Shown here one piece after another: positions 1-7,237 of a DNA stretch of 32,000 nt. The translations under genes were made by a program, and so were the position numbers. Under the pieces are notes generated by a model. That model was given only the letters and a program-made list of their open reading frames with translations. It was not told where the DNA came from and did no database searches. Numbering within the stretch: position 1 is the stretch's first letter; every line of letters starts with the position of its first letter. Source of the stretch: Cupriavidus necator (GTDB lineage Bacteria > Pseudomonadota > Gammaproteobacteria > Burkholderiales > Burkholderiaceae); NCBI RefSeq assembly GCF_016127575.1, contig NZ_CP066019.1:1710001-1742000 (forward strand), written 5' to 3'.

Positions 1-1386
1 CCAGTTGCCGTCCAGCAGCACCTGCTCCGGCCAGTACGCGCGCAGCATCATGTTCAGGCCATCGGGCGGCGCCGGCAGCCAGTTCGCCGCCTTGGCGCCG
101 GCCGGGCGCTCGTGCTGGATATAGATATCGAGCGAGCCGTCGCGGTTGTAGCGCAGGCGGTCGCGGCTGCCCACGGCGTAGCGCTGGATCGGGTTGGGAA
201 TGAACGCCTGCCGGTCGTTGTACAGCGTCAGCGACCAGAACGCGCGCGCCGGCGGCAACTGGTCCTTGTCGAAATGCAGCACATAGCGCGCCCCGCCCTG
301 CAGCGGCTTGCCGTTGGCATCCGTGCGGGTGGAGGCGTAGATCGCGTCTTCGGGCAGGTTGGCACCCAGGCCCACCCACGCGGTCACCGCGCGGCGGCCG
401 TAGCTGGTGCCATAGGTGCCCAGGTCGCGATGCATGACCCAGCCGTTGCCGGCATCGGCATTGCCCTTGCGCGCACCCTGAACGATCGCGGCCAGCGCAG
501 CGGTAGCACCCTCCTGCACCGCGCGCGCGGTGGAGGGCTCCATCACCGTGGTCTTAAACGGCACCCCCGGGGTGATGCCCATGCGGCGGAGCTTGTCCAC
601 CATGGCGGCATCGGCGGGCGCCGGCGGATTGGCCGGCAGCAAGGCGGCAAAGCGCGTGAAGAAAGCCTGTGCATCCATTGCCGCCACCAGCTCCACGGGC
701 GAGCTTTCAGGGTCGATGGCCGTGGGCCGCGGCGCGGCCCTCTCCGGCACGCGCCGCCCGCCACCCCAGGCCGACAGCGGCGTCAGCCGGTACTGGTCCT
801 GGAGCCGGTGCACCGCCGGGAAGTCCTGCTTGCCATTGGCCTGCGTACGGCCGATCAACCAGACCATCGACGTGGGCGAACGGATCTCCTGCATGCCCTT
901 GGGCAGCGTGCCGCGCCAGTCAGGCCCGGTGATGGCGAAGTTGCCGCGGCGGGTGCCGGTGGTGCGCTTGCCCGGCGACGCGAACACATTGGTCCACGCA
1001 TCCATCAGCGGCATCAGGTAGTAGCGCCCGTACGTATCGGGCACCGACAGGATGACCGGCTCCCTGGACAGGTCGAGCCAGGCCGACGAATACAGCGTGT
1101 CGGCGTTGGGGCTGACCACGTCGGTGAAGCTGGCGTCCGGGAAGGTGCGCTTGTGGTGGAAGGTATTGGCCGGCGTGCGCAGCGTCATCAGCTCGCGCGT
1201 CACGTCCATCAGCACCATCGGATAGGCGAAGGTGAAGACCTCGGCGGACAAGGCCTTCATCGCCTGGTCGGACGGCGGTTGCTCGGCGACTGCCGGGCTG
1301 GTTCCGTGATCCGGCGCGGACGCACAGCCGGACAGCATGACGGCAAGCGTGACCGCGCTCGCCAGTTGACACAAGGATGGCTTCAT
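1..1386 (-). CDS. DUF1254/DUF1214-family lipoprotein, C-terminus cut by the window edge (absent from the supplied ORF track)
   Basis: Hand translation of the minus strand from ATG (1386-1384) gives MKPSLCQLASAVTLAVMLSGC (lipobox LSGC). It continues through FAYPMVLMDVTRELMTLRTPANTFHH and RAFWSLTLYNDRQAFIPNPIQRYAVGSRD, which is the FWSLTxY hallmark I associate with DUF1214. The frame is open to position 1 with no stop. The 511-aa + ORF over it (112-1647) is an R/A/G-rich shadow. Confidence 0.8.
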   Translation of the reverse strand, partial: MKPSLCQLASAVTLAVMLSGCASAPDHGTSPAVAEQPPSDQAMKALSAEVFTFAYPMVLMDVTRELMTLRTPANTFHHKRTFPDASFTDVVSPNADTLYSSAWLDLSREPVILSVPDTYGRYYLMPLMDAWTNVFASPGKRTTGTRRGNFAITGPDWRGTLPKGMQEIRSPTSMVWLIGRTQANGKQDFPAVHRLQDQYRLTPLSAWGGGRRVPERAAPRPTAIDPESSPVELVAAMDAQAFFTRFAALLPANPPAPADAAMVDKLRRMGITPGVPFKTTVMEPSTARAVQEGATAALAAIVQGARKGNADAGNGWVMHRDLGTYGTSYGRRAVTAWVGLGANLPEDAIYASTRTDANGKPLQGGARYVLHFDKDQLPPARAFWSLTLYNDRQAFIPNPIQRYAVGSRDRLRYNRDGSLDIYIQHERPAGAKAANWLPAPPDGLNMMLRAYWPEQVLLDGNW

Positions 1387-1635
1387 GACCCCGTTTTCCC
1401 AATGTTTTTGCGGCTTTTCGGGTGTTGCGGCTATGACTGCCGGCATGTCGTCCCGAAGGCGCATCTATTCCGTGCGCATCTTGTCCCGCGCGCCGGTGAC
1501 CTGTCAATTCCTCTGAAGCCGGGAAGCGAGGGCAAGCGCACCGAACGCCGGCGGCATCGGTCACGGGTGAATCATGAAGCACTATCAGGGGTGATGAAAG
1601 CCGCACGCATGGCTCGGCCTTTCCGCCTCAGAGCC

Positions 1636-2415
1636 TCAGCGCGTTAGGAAATCCAGCACCACCTTGCTGAACGCCTCGGCCTGCTCCAGGTTGGAGATAT
1701 GTGCGGCCTCCAGCTCGACATAGTGGGCGCCCGGGATCGTCTGCGCCAGGAACACGCCATCGCGCGGCGGCGTGGGCAGGTCGCCCGAGCCAGCGATCAC
1801 CAGTGTCGGCGTGGTGATCTTTTCGATTTGCGCGCGCAGGTCGGCATCGCGCACCGCCAGGCAGTTGGCCGCGTAGCCCGCAGCCGGGGTGGCCCCGAGC
1901 ATGGCGCGCAGCGATGCCACCAGCCCCGGATGCGCGGCCGCGTACGGCGGGGTGAGCCATTTGTCGACTACCGCGGCAGCGATCGATGCCACGCCGTCGC
2001 GCCCGACCGCAGCGGCGCGGTTGGTCCAGTTCTCCGGCGGGCCGATATAGGCAGCGGTATTGCACAACACCAGCTTGCGCAGGCGCGGACCATGGTTCAG
2101 GGCCAGCCACATGCCAGTGATGCCACCCATCGACAAGCCGCAGAAACTGGCTTCGCCGATGCCAAGGTGATCGAGCAACGCGATCACGTCGCCGCCGAGT
2201 TGCGCGATGCTGTACGGACCCGCCGGCACCGACGACTCGCCATGGCCGCGCGTGTCATAGCGCAGCACGCGGAAGTGCTGGCTGAAGGCCGCCACCTGCG
2301 GCTCCCACATGCTGAAGCTGGTGCCCAGCGAATTGGACAGCACCAGCACCGGCAGGTGCTCGGCGCCATCGAGGCGGTAATGCAGTCGGAGGTTGGCGAG
2401 GTCGGCGTATGGCAT
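1636..2415 (-). CDS. pcaD: 3-oxoadipate enol-lactonase (alpha/beta hydrolase)
   Basis: 259 aa with an ATG start at 2415. It has the GLSMGG nucleophile elbow and the N-terminal pattern LVLSNSLGTSFSMWEPQ...FRVLRYDTRGHGES, typical of PcaD-type enol-lactonases. It lies 39 nt downstream of catC. Confidence 0.85.
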   Translation of the reverse strand: MPYADLANLRLHYRLDGAEHLPVLVLSNSLGTSFSMWEPQVAAFSQHFRVLRYDTRGHGESSVPAGPYSIAQLGGDVIALLDHLGIGEASFCGLSMGGITGMWLALNHGPRLRKLVLCNTAAYIGPPENWTNRAAAVGRDGVASIAAAVVDKWLTPPYAAAHPGLVASLRAMLGATPAAGYAANCLAVRDADLRAQIEKITTPTLVIAGSGDLPTPPRDGVFLAQTIPGAHYVELEAAHISNLEQAEAFSKVVLDFLTR

Positions 2416-2454
2416 GGCGTTTGGCTCAGGATCAGGTGGCTGGATGGCAGGCGC

Positions 2455-2739
2455 TCAGTTCGGCGCGATGGCCGAACCGTGTTGCGCCAGCGGCGTGACC
2501 TTGATCTCCATGTACGGGTACAGCGGCAGCATGGTCAGCAGCGTGTGCAGTTCGTCGTTGTCGCCGACATCGAAGATGCTGACGTTGGCGTACTGGCCCA
2601 CCACACGCCACAGGTGGCGCCACTTGCCTTCGCGCTGCAGGCGCTGCGACATGGCCTTCTCGTCGGCCTTGAGCTGCTCCACCAGTTGTGGATCGAGCGA
2701 TGCGGGAATCTTGACGGTCATTTCTGCCATGAACAACAT
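2455..2739 (-). CDS. catC: muconolactone delta-isomerase
   Basis: 94 aa, MLFMAEMTVKIPASLDP...EGKWRHLWRVVGQYANVSIFDV...LPLYPYMEIKVTPL; the length and sequence are typical of CatC. ATG at 2739 is preceded by AAGGAGA. The 174-aa track ORF (to 2979) is an upstream over-extension. Confidence 0.85.
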   Translation of the reverse strand: MLFMAEMTVKIPASLDPQLVEQLKADEKAMSQRLQREGKWRHLWRVVGQYANVSIFDVGDNDELHTLLTMLPLYPYMEIKVTPLAQHGSAIAPN

Positions 2740-2792
2740 GGGGTCTCCTTGTCCGGGGGTATGGTGGGATGGAGGCAGCGCGGGCTGCCTCG

Positions 2793-3089
2793 TCAAAGAT
2801 GGCGCACGCCGTCGAGATAGGCCTTGCGCCAGCGCACGATGCGCACCTCGGCAAACAAACCCGCCTCGGTGAACGGATCGGCGTCGATGAATTGCTGTGC
2901 CGCGTCGCGGGTGTCGACATCGACGATATAGATGCCGCCTCCGGCATCCGAGCCATCGTCGTTGAGCTTGGCGCCGCAAGCCAGCAGCAAGTCCTTGTTG
3001 GCTTCCAGGTAATCCAGGTGGCTGGCACGGGTGGCCTGGCGCACATGCTGGTGATTGGGCTTGTCGACGGTTTCGATCAGGTACGGCAT
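2793..3089 (-). CDS. YciI-family protein
   Basis: 98 aa, MPYLIETVDKPNHQHVRQATRASHLDYLEANKDLLLACGAKL...ADPFTEAGLFAEVRIVRWRK. This shows the YciI pattern (R-x-x-HL ... G ... ADP[FY]..AG[LV]). ATG at 3089 is preceded by AGGAGG. The 305-aa track ORF is an over-extension. Confidence 0.8.
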   Translation of the reverse strand: MPYLIETVDKPNHQHVRQATRASHLDYLEANKDLLLACGAKLNDDGSDAGGGIYIVDVDTRDAAQQFIDADPFTEAGLFAEVRIVRWRKAYLDGVRHL

Positions 3090-3130
3090 GGCAATCCTCC
3101 TGTCAGCGGCACGCTGGCCGCGGGTCAAAG

Positions 3131-4471
3131 TCAGGCAATCTGCGCGCCCCACAGCAGCAGCGCGGCAATGTAGATCAGGCCCACCCAGAACATCATGATC
3201 ACGGTGTAGCCCATCACGTCCTTCAGGTTCAGCCTGGACAGCGCCAGCGCCGGCAATATCCAGAACGGCTGCACCAGGTCGTTCCAGGCATTGCCGAGCA
3301 TCACCGACATCGAGGTCTGGCTGACCGAGCTGTTGATGGCCTTGGCCGCATCGACCATGAACGGGCCCTGGATCATCCAGTGGCCACCGCCCGACGGTGC
3401 GAAGAAGTTGATCACGAACGAACTGAGCAGCCCCCAGAACGGCAGCGTCTGCGGCGTGGCGATCTCCACGAACACACGCGAGATGGTATCCACCAGCCCC
3501 GAGCCGGCCATGATCGCCATGATGCCTGCATAGAACGGATACTGCAGGATGATGCCGGAAATGGTCTTGATGCCTTCGTTCAGCTTGGCCACGTAGTTGA
3601 CCGGCGTGCCCAGCAGCAGCACGCCCGCGAACAGGATCAGGAAGTTGATCAGGTTCAGGTCGAGCGAGCCGCCCTGCGTGAAGTAGATGACCGCGTAGGC
3701 CATGCCGCACAGGCCGATGGCCAGGCTCAGGATACGGCTGTTGTTCAGGCGCGCGGCCAGGGTGTTCTCGCCGCCCATGCTGTGGGCCGAGCCGGCCTCG
3801 GCCTTGGCGGGTTCCTGGTCGCGGCGGATCTCCACCACATCGGCCGGGTTGCGCGGATGCAGCCAGGCATTGAGCAGCGGCAGCGTGACGATCACCGCCA
3901 GGCTGGTCAGCAGCATCGGCGTGGAGAAGATGGTTTCAGACAGCGGGATCACGCCCATCAGCTTTTCCATCGGGTGGCCCGGGGTGGAGATCAGCACCGG
4001 GATGCTGGCCGACAGGCCCAGCCCGTACAGGGTGAAGCCGCTGTACGCGGCGGCGATGATGAGCGGGTAATGCACGCCACGGACCTTCAGCGCCAGCTTC
4101 CTGGCGATGATGCCGCCGATCACCAGCCCGAAGCCCCAGTTCAGGTAGCTGCCGATGCCGCCCACCAGCGTGGCGACGATCACCGCGGTGCGCGGCGAGT
4201 GCACGGCACTGACGATGCGGTCGAGCATGCGGTCAGTGAACGGCGCGGTGGCCAGCACGTAGCCCATCGCCAGGATCACCGCCATCTGCGTGGTAAATGC
4301 CAGCAGGTTCCAGAACCCCTTGCCCCAGCTGGCGATCACGGCCGGCGCTGCCTGCCCTTGCACCGTCACCGCCAGCGCCATCGTCAGCAAGGTCAGGCCG
4401 ATGGCAAATACAAAGGGATCCGGCAGGTACCGGCGCATGAGTTCGGTGAAGAACCCGGCAATCTTGCTCAT
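3131..4471 (-). CDS. short-chain fatty acid transporter, AtoE family
   Basis: Polytopic membrane protein. The N-terminus MSKIAGFFTELMRRYLPDPFVFA aligns with my memory of E. coli AtoE (MIGRISRFMTRFVSRWLPDPLIFA). Further matches are WGKGFWNLLAFTTQMA, LNWGFGLV, QYPFYAGI and APSGGGHWMIQGPF. I prefer ATG 4471 (GGAGA upstream); the ORF-track start at 4498 is the alternative. Confidence 0.85.
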   Translation of the reverse strand: MSKIAGFFTELMRRYLPDPFVFAIGLTLLTMALAVTVQGQAAPAVIASWGKGFWNLLAFTTQMAVILAMGYVLATAPFTDRMLDRIVSAVHSPRTAVIVATLVGGIGSYLNWGFGLVIGGIIARKLALKVRGVHYPLIIAAAYSGFTLYGLGLSASIPVLISTPGHPMEKLMGVIPLSETIFSTPMLLTSLAVIVTLPLLNAWLHPRNPADVVEIRRDQEPAKAEAGSAHSMGGENTLAARLNNSRILSLAIGLCGMAYAVIYFTQGGSLDLNLINFLILFAGVLLLGTPVNYVAKLNEGIKTISGIILQYPFYAGIMAIMAGSGLVDTISRVFVEIATPQTLPFWGLLSSFVINFFAPSGGGHWMIQGPFMVDAAKAINSSVSQTSMSVMLGNAWNDLVQPFWILPALALSRLNLKDVMGYTVIMMFWVGLIYIAALLLWGAQIA

Positions 4472-4553
4472 AGCTTCCTTGTCTCCAGTTTCGGCCAAAG
4501 TTACGCCACTAGAACTACAGTTCTATATGCGAACTTCAAAAATACGCGTGGCT

Positions 4554-4583
4554 ATGCTAAGAGCCGGTCGACCGGTTGGTCAA
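4554..4583 (-). promoter_or_regulatory. candidate sigma-70 promoter of the atoE-like operon, with a RutR-like half-palindrome over the -35
   Basis: On the minus strand: TTGACC (4583-4578), an 18-nt spacer, then TAGCAT (4559-4554). The 16-mer TTGACCAACCGGTCGA (4583-4568) matches 12 of 14 defined positions of the E. coli RutR box TTGACCAnnTGGTCAA. It also overlaps the perfect palindrome CCGGTCGACCGG (4564-4575). Confidence 0.3.
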
Positions 4584-4682
4584 GGAAATGGGGACGCGCG
4601 ATTACATTCGTTTCGCGCAACAATTCTTGAATGAGGCCTGGAATTTTCTACGCAGGCCATGCAATGCGGACGATCGGCAGGA

Positions 4683-5060
4683 TCAATAGCGCATCTGCAC
4701 ATCTTCGACCTTGCCCGTACGCGCGTTGTACAGGCAGGCGTAGTAGAAGCCGATCGCCGACGAACTGTCGTCAGGCTCGAACACGCCTTCGCCATTGACC
4801 GAGGTTTGCGCATTGGGGCGCAGGTAGTACTGCTCGCGGTCGGCCATCAGCATCACGCTGCCGGGCTGCGGGTAGCGGCGCTTGAGGGCTTCCGCCACGG
4901 CCGGCTCGCAGGCCGTGGACGCGGCCCTGGAAGCGGCTTGTGGATCGACGGTGATGCGGGTGGTGGCCGGGGGCACAGGGCGCGGTGCCATCTGCGGCGG
5001 CGTTTCGCAGGCGGCCAGCAGGCACACCAGCGGCAGGCACAGGCAAGAAGCTCGGATCAC
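4683..5060 (-). CDS. small lipoprotein, function unknown
   Basis: 125 aa with a GTG start at 5060, 5 nt after GAGGAGG. The signal peptide plus lipobox is MIRASCLCLPLVCLLAAC. G/C-ending codons look native. Confidence 0.6.
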   Translation of the reverse strand: MIRASCLCLPLVCLLAACETPPQMAPRPVPPATTRITVDPQAASRAASTACEPAVAEALKRRYPQPGSVMLMADREQYYLRPNAQTSVNGEGVFEPDDSSSAIGFYYACLYNARTGKVEDVQMRY

Positions 5061-5066
5061 GCGGAC

Positions 5067-5082
5067 CTCCTCAGAAGGAGGG
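5067..5082 (-). promoter_or_regulatory. hairpin that pairs the Shine-Dalgarno sequence of the 4683-5060 gene (CCTCCT-N4-AGGAGG)
   Basis: cctcctcagaaggagg is a perfect 6+4+6 palindrome. Its 3' arm on the minus-strand mRNA is the AGGAGG that serves as the SD for the GTG at 5060. Confidence 0.4.
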
Positions 5083-5284
5083 CGCCGGCAACGGGCACCC
5101 CAAAAAGTGAAGCGGAGCTATCAGGTTACTGCCTCTGGCCGGAAAAGCCAAAGCCGGCGCGCCCGGGCAGCCCGGCAATGCCCCGCCGATAGCGAATCCT
5201 TGAACGCGGCTAAACTATGGCACGCGGCAGCGCCCCGGGTTCCGGCCAGGTGCGTGCCGCCAGCACAACCACGATGCCGACACA

Positions 5285-6982
5285 ATGACAACCACAGAGA
5301 CAAGCGGCAACCGCCCTGCCACCCCTGCTCCCCTGCTGCGCACCGCCGCCAGCCTGCTCGTCGTGCGCGATGCGCCGGCCGGCATGGAAGTGCTGCTGGT
5401 ACGCCGCGTCGAACGCGCCAACGACCGCAGCAGCGGCGCCTACGTTTTCCCGGGCGGCACGCTCGACGCGCAGGACAAGGCCCTGCACGCGCATGCCCAC
5501 GGCCTGGACGACGCCCTTGCCAGCGAACGCCTGGGCATGCCGGCCAGCGGCCTGGACTTCTACCTGGCCGCCTTGCGAGAATGCTATGAAGAGGCCGGCC
5601 TGCTGTTTGCCTGTGACCGCGACGGGCGCCCGCATTCGCCGCACCAGCTCGACGCCGCCGGCCAGGCGCTGCTGCGCGAGGCAGTGCAGCGCGGCGGCCC
5701 CGGCCTGGCCCACGCTTGCGAGCAACTGGGCCTGCGCCTGGCGGCCGACCGGCTCGCCTATCACAGCTACTGGCTGACGCCCCCCGGCCTGCCCAAGCGT
5801 TTCGATACCCGCTTCTTTGTCGCCATCGCCCCCGAAGGCCAGGTGGCCGTGCCCGACGGCACCGAGATCGTGGAGCACCGCTGGATTCGCCCCGGCGAGG
5901 CCGCCGATCCCGCCAGCGGCCTGCCGCTGATGCACGTCACGCGCCGCACGCTGAGCTCGATCGCGCAGTTTGAAAGCGCCGCGGCCTGCTTCGCTTATTA
6001 CTCGCAGCTGCGCGGCATTGCCTGCATCATGCCGCGGCTGGCCACCGGCGCGGCCGGCGTGCGCCCGGTGATGCCGAACGAGCCGTGCTACGCCGAGATC
6101 GGCCGCATCGATCCCGACGGCAACACGCACGGCCGTTATGAGCTGGTACCGGGCGTGCCGGTACGACTGTCCGAGCGCGTCTGGCGCGTGACCGCCAACA
6201 ACGGCAACGTGATGACGGGCCCGGGCACCAACACCTACCTGATAGGCGGCGGCGCGCGCAATGAATGGGCCGTGATCGATCCGGGCCCGGACGATGGCGA
6301 GCATGTGCGCGCCATCCTTGCTGCCGCACCCGGCCCGATCCGCTGGATCCTCGCCACGCATACCCACCTGGACCATTCGCCCGCTGCCGCCGCGCTGCAG
6401 GCCGCCACCGGCGCCACGGTGCTCGGGCGTGCCGCGCCTGCCGGCCAGTGGCAGGACCTCAGCTTCGAGCCACAGCGCGAACTGAACCACGGCGAGCGCC
6501 TTGCCATCACCGAGGACTGCACCTTGCGCGTGTGCCACACGCCGGGCCACGCCTCGAACCACCTCTGCTACCTGCTGGAAGAAGAACAGACACTCTTTAC
6601 CGGCGACCACGTGATGCAGGGCTCGACCGTCGTCATCGGCCCGCCCGATGGCGACATGCGCGCCTACCTGGACTCGCTCGCAGCACTGCAGGATGAAGAC
6701 CTCGACTGGCTGGCGCCGGGCCATGGCTTCCTGATCGCGCGCCCGCAGGACGCCATCCGCATCCTGGTCCGGCACCGGCTGCAGCGCGAGGCCAAGGTCG
6801 TTGCCGCACTGCGCGAACTGAGCCCGGCACCGATCGGCGAGCTGCTGCTGCGCGTCTACGACGATGTGCCGCCGCGCATGCATCCGGTTGCGCAGCGATC
6901 GCTGCTGGCGCACCTGCTCAAGCTGCGCGATGACGGCAAGGCGCAGGAAGCGGACGGCATCTGGTCGAACGCCACGGCGTAG
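5285..6982 (+). CDS. Nudix-like domain fused to an MBL-fold (LACTB2-like) metallo-hydrolase
   Basis: 565 aa. The N-terminal ~200 aa carry a Nudix-like signature (PGG...RECYEEAGL, with an unusually long G-to-RE spacing). The C-terminal half has TGPGTNTYLIG, AVIDPG, ATHTHLDHSPAA and CHTPGHASNH, which are MBL motifs. Confidence 0.85.
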   Translation: MTTTETSGNRPATPAPLLRTAASLLVVRDAPAGMEVLLVRRVERANDRSSGAYVFPGGTLDAQDKALHAHAHGLDDALASERLGMPASGLDFYLAALRECYEEAGLLFACDRDGRPHSPHQLDAAGQALLREAVQRGGPGLAHACEQLGLRLAADRLAYHSYWLTPPGLPKRFDTRFFVAIAPEGQVAVPDGTEIVEHRWIRPGEAADPASGLPLMHVTRRTLSSIAQFESAAACFAYYSQLRGIACIMPRLATGAAGVRPVMPNEPCYAEIGRIDPDGNTHGRYELVPGVPVRLSERVWRVTANNGNVMTGPGTNTYLIGGGARNEWAVIDPGPDDGEHVRAILAAAPGPIRWILATHTHLDHSPAAAALQAATGATVLGRAAPAGQWQDLSFEPQRELNHGERLAITEDCTLRVCHTPGHASNHLCYLLEEEQTLFTGDHVMQGSTVVIGPPDGDMRAYLDSLAALQDEDLDWLAPGHGFLIARPQDAIRILVRHRLQREAKVVAALRELSPAPIGELLLRVYDDVPPRMHPVAQRSLLAHLLKLRDDGKAQEADGIWSNATA

Positions 6983-7028
6983 CACCGGCGCGGGCATCGG
7001 GGCCAGTTGAAGATTTTTGGCGGGGGGC

Positions 7029-7056
7029 TTGCGCAAACCAGAAATTGCGCTACAAT
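7029..7056 (+). promoter_or_regulatory. sigma-70-type promoter for tRNA-Arg
   Basis: TTGCGC (7029-7034), a 16-nt spacer, then TACAAT (7051-7056). The -10 ends 14 nt before the mature tRNA 5' end. A T-rich tract lies just upstream. Confidence 0.5.
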
Positions 7057-7070
7057 GGCGCCTCTCGTGT

Positions 7071-7147
7071 GCGGCTGTAGCTCAGTTGGATAGAGTACTT
7101 GGCTACGAACCAAGGGGTCGTGGGTTCGAATCCTGCCAGCCGCGCCA
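7071..7147 (+). tRNA. tRNA-Arg (anticodon ACG)
   Basis: 77 nt. The acceptor stem GCGGCTG/CAGCCGC is perfect. The anticodon arm is CTTGG-CTACGAA-CCAAG. The T-arm has GGTTCGAATCC, and the 3' CCA is encoded. Confidence 0.95.
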
Positions 7148-7160
7148 CCTATGCAGAAAG

Positions 7161-7194
7161 AAAAAGGGCTTCCGGAAACGGAAGCCCTTTTTTC
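7161..7194. terminator. bidirectional rho-independent terminator
   Basis: AAAAA-GGGCTTCCG-GAAA-CGGAAGCCC-TTTTTT. The 9-bp GC stem is flanked by an A-tract and a T-tract. It sits between tRNA-Arg (+) and the convergent 7238-8134 gene (-). Confidence 0.85.
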
Positions 7195-7237
7195 ATTGCG
7201 GCGCTCGCATTTGGCGCCACCCTCCCCACTACCACCA

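Noticed and set aside
112-1647. 511-aa + strand ORF, the longest ORF listed at the left end
   Set aside because: It is extremely Arg/Ala/Gly/His-rich and has no recognisable motifs. It lies antisense to a minus-strand frame that encodes a clean lipobox plus DUF1254/DUF1214 hallmarks. It is a typical high-GC shadow ORF.
4493-4508. Sigma-54-like TGGCGT-N5-TTGGC element upstream of the AtoE-like gene (E. coli ato genes are sigma-54 dependent)
   Set aside because: The GG-N10-GC spacing is correct, but the -12 region is imperfect. The predicted start (~4482) would fall inside the Shine-Dalgarno sequence, leaving about 11 nt of leader. No enhancer-binding-protein gene is nearby. I keep it only as a remote possibility.
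5210-7036. 608-aa minus-strand ORF opposite the Nudix-MBL gene. The same issue applies to 9108-10280 (-), 9110-10267 (+), 10471-11550 (-), 13108-14700 (+), 15948-17468 (+), 20327-21199 (-), 21123-22316 (-), 24685-26310 (+) and 25043-26359 (-).
   Set aside because: All are low-complexity R/A/G/P/H-rich translations. Each overlaps, on the opposite strand or in another frame, a gene with strong family-specific motifs. None has a credible RBS or domain signature.
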